64,000 nt of DNA from Myxococcota bacterium (GTDB lineage Bacteria; Myxococcota_A; UBA9160; JAFDDA01): NCBI GenBank assembly GCA_965228475.1, contig OZ245817.1, positions 1,984,001 through 2,048,000 on the forward strand, written 5' to 3'. The notes beneath the pieces were generated by a model, which made no database searches, had not been told where the DNA came from, and saw nothing but the letters and a program-made list of their open reading frames with translations. Within the stretch, counting starts at the first letter, position 1; each line of letters opens with the position of its first letter. The position numbers and the translations under genes were made by a program. This document shows, piece by piece, positions 62,415-64,000 of the stretch.

Positions 62415-62522
62415 CCGCCGCCCCGTTTCCCTTCTCACCGTCCGGGATGGGCGGTTGGGAGTTCTGCGTCCGGACGCTCCTCGGCGGTGCGGGCCTGGCG
62501 CGCCAGGCCATGAGGTGCGCGA

Positions 62523-62624
62523 GGGGTCTCCGGGTCCCCCAGCCGGGACCGTAAACCACGCCCCGACGCCCGCGCCCCCAAGCCGTGCGTGACGCCGGTC
62601 CCGGCTGGGGGACCCGGAGACCCC
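62523..62624. repeat. Perfect 29-bp inverted repeats around a 44-bp spacer (MITE/REP-like or structured RNA)
   Basis: ggggtctccgggtcccccagccgggaccg (62523-62551) and its exact reverse complement (62596-62624). Confidence 0.9.
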
Positions 62625-62696
62625 CATCTCCCCCGGAAAGCCGAGAATGTCGCCGCCTTGACACCCCCGCCGGGGGGGTGCGAGCCTCCGTCCGCC

Positions 62697-63929
62697 ATGG
62701 CCGACTTCCACCAGACCGGGGTGATCACCACCCTCCATCGACTCGGCGATCAACCCCTCGAGCTGCTCGAGAAGCGCCTCCTGAACCACGCGACGAACCG
62801 GCCGATCGCGCTCGTCCTGCCGTGCCTCTATCAGGAGCTCCAGGGGCCGGCCCTGAAGCGGATCCTCGAGTCCCTCGCCGGTGTCCGGTACCTGAAGCAG
62901 GTCGTGGTGAGCGTCTCGGGGACGAAGTCCCGGGAGGAGTTCGACCACTTCCGCAAGGCCTTCGACGCGGTGCGGACGCTCGACGACCGGCCGACCACCT
63001 TCGTCTGGAACGGCAGCGACCGCGTCCAGCGCATCTACCAGCGGCTTCGGGAAGAAGGCCTGGACGCCGGGGAAGACGGGAAGGGGAGGGGCACCTGGCT
63101 CGCCTACGGCTACGTCCTCGCCAGCAACCAGGCCCGGGTCGTCGCCCTCCACGACTGCGACATCCTCGACTACGACCGCGAGCTCCTGGCGCGCCTGTGC
63201 TTCCCGACGGTGAACCCGAACCTGAACTACGAGTTCGCCAAGGGCTACTACGGCCGCGTGAGCGACCGCCTGCACGGCCGGGTGACGCGGCTCTTCATGA
63301 CCCCGCTGCTGCGCGCCATGAAGTCCGTGCTCGGCGAGATCCCGCTGCTCGACTACCTGGATTCCTTCCGGTACCCGCTGGCCGGCGAGTGTTCGATGAC
63401 CACGGATCTCGCGCGCATCAACCGGATCCCCTCGGACTGGGGCCTCGAGGTCGGCATGCTCGCCGAGGTCTACCGCAACTGTTCGCTCAAGCGGATCTGT
63501 CAGGTCGAGGTGGTCGAGAACTACGACCACAAGCACCAGGATCTCTCCGAGGAAGACTCGACCCGGGGCCTCCACCGCATGGTCACCGACATCGCGAGCT
63601 CCCTGATCCGGAACCTGGCGAGCTACGGCGTCCAGTTCGACGCGGGCTTCCTGAACACCCTGATCTCCGCCTACGTGCGGACGGCGCAGGACGCCGTCGC
63701 TCGCTACAGTGACGACGCTGCGCTGAACGGGCTCGTGTTCGACCGCCACGAGGAGGAAGTGGCGGTCGAGACCTTCTCACGGGCCCTGCGGGCAGCCGGC
63801 CTGTCATTCGTCCGTGACCCCATGGGGGCCCCCCTCATCCCCAACTGGAATCGCGTGACGTCGGCTCTGCCCGACCTCCTGGGCGAGCTCGAAGCGGCCG
63901 TCGAGGAAGACCTCCAGGAAGGGGTTTAG
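62697..63929 (+). CDS. Glycosyltransferase, glucosyl-3-phosphoglycerate synthase-like
   Basis: MADFHQTGVITTLH, GKGR..W, LHDCDI, KGYY.R, GRVTRL, FRYPLAGE, DWGLEVG, YDHKHQ. Confidence 0.8.
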   Translation: MADFHQTGVITTLHRLGDQPLELLEKRLLNHATNRPIALVLPCLYQELQGPALKRILESLAGVRYLKQVVVSVSGTKSREEFDHFRKAFDAVRTLDDRPTTFVWNGSDRVQRIYQRLREEGLDAGEDGKGRGTWLAYGYVLASNQARVVALHDCDILDYDRELLARLCFPTVNPNLNYEFAKGYYGRVSDRLHGRVTRLFMTPLLRAMKSVLGEIPLLDYLDSFRYPLAGECSMTTDLARINRIPSDWGLEVGMLAEVYRNCSLKRICQVEVVENYDHKHQDLSEEDSTRGLHRMVTDIASSLIRNLASYGVQFDAGFLNTLISAYVRTAQDAVARYSDDAALNGLVFDRHEEEVAVETFSRALRAAGLSFVRDPMGAPLIPNWNRVTSALPDLLGELEAAVEEDLQEGV

Positions 63930-63932
63930 AGC

Positions 63933-64000
63933 TTGCAGCTGAAGATTGGTTCCATTCCGCTCGGCGGCGGGGCGCCGCTCGTCCTGATTTCGGGGCTGAA
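63933..64000 (+). CDS. kdsA: Probable KDO-8-phosphate synthase, 3' partial
   Basis: TTG start; MQLKIGSIPLGGGAPLVLISGL resembles the KdsA N-terminus; only 22 codons are visible. Confidence 0.55.
   Translation, partial: MQLKIGSIPLGGGAPLVLISGL

Overview
Very GC-rich bacterial chromosomal DNA with dense, mostly translationally coupled housekeeping operons. Gene content (split gcvPA/PB, DivIVA-yggS-proC, gspC-N with GspN, PEP-CTERM proteins) suggests a Myxococcota/deltaproteobacterial-like organism; this is inference only. Main blocks, in order: CHASE/PAS hybrid kinase with two PaaI thioesterases and a GHMP kinase; folD-gcvTHP; maf-yggS-proC-divIVA; assorted hydrolases and SDRs; an ArsR-methyltransferase/HAD/tldD/pmbA/MBL/HEAT operon; a type II secretion cluster gspC-N; dnaK-hsp20-lon; fba; tRNA-Leu(GAG); gap-pgk-tpiA-secG; a penicillin-acylase-like gene, a DinB-like gene, PilZ, a GpgS-like glycosyltransferase and the start of kdsA. 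I saw no transposase, integrase, prophage or CRISPR array. Most notable observations: (1) an intact DinB-sized Y-family protein that has lost the DE catalytic pair but keeps a C-terminal clamp motif, next to an Ntn-hydrolase with an altered active site; (2) a GspD secretin ending in a SPOR-like domain; (3) a 42-codon ORF coupled on both sides between gspK and gspL; (4) a possible orphan pseudopilin-like gene divergent from gspC; (5) a plant-type galacturonokinase-like kinase; (6) long perfect inverted repeats sharing a GGGGAC core; (7) probable CTG starts and leaderless genes. All protein calls come from motif recognition by eye; no searches were run.
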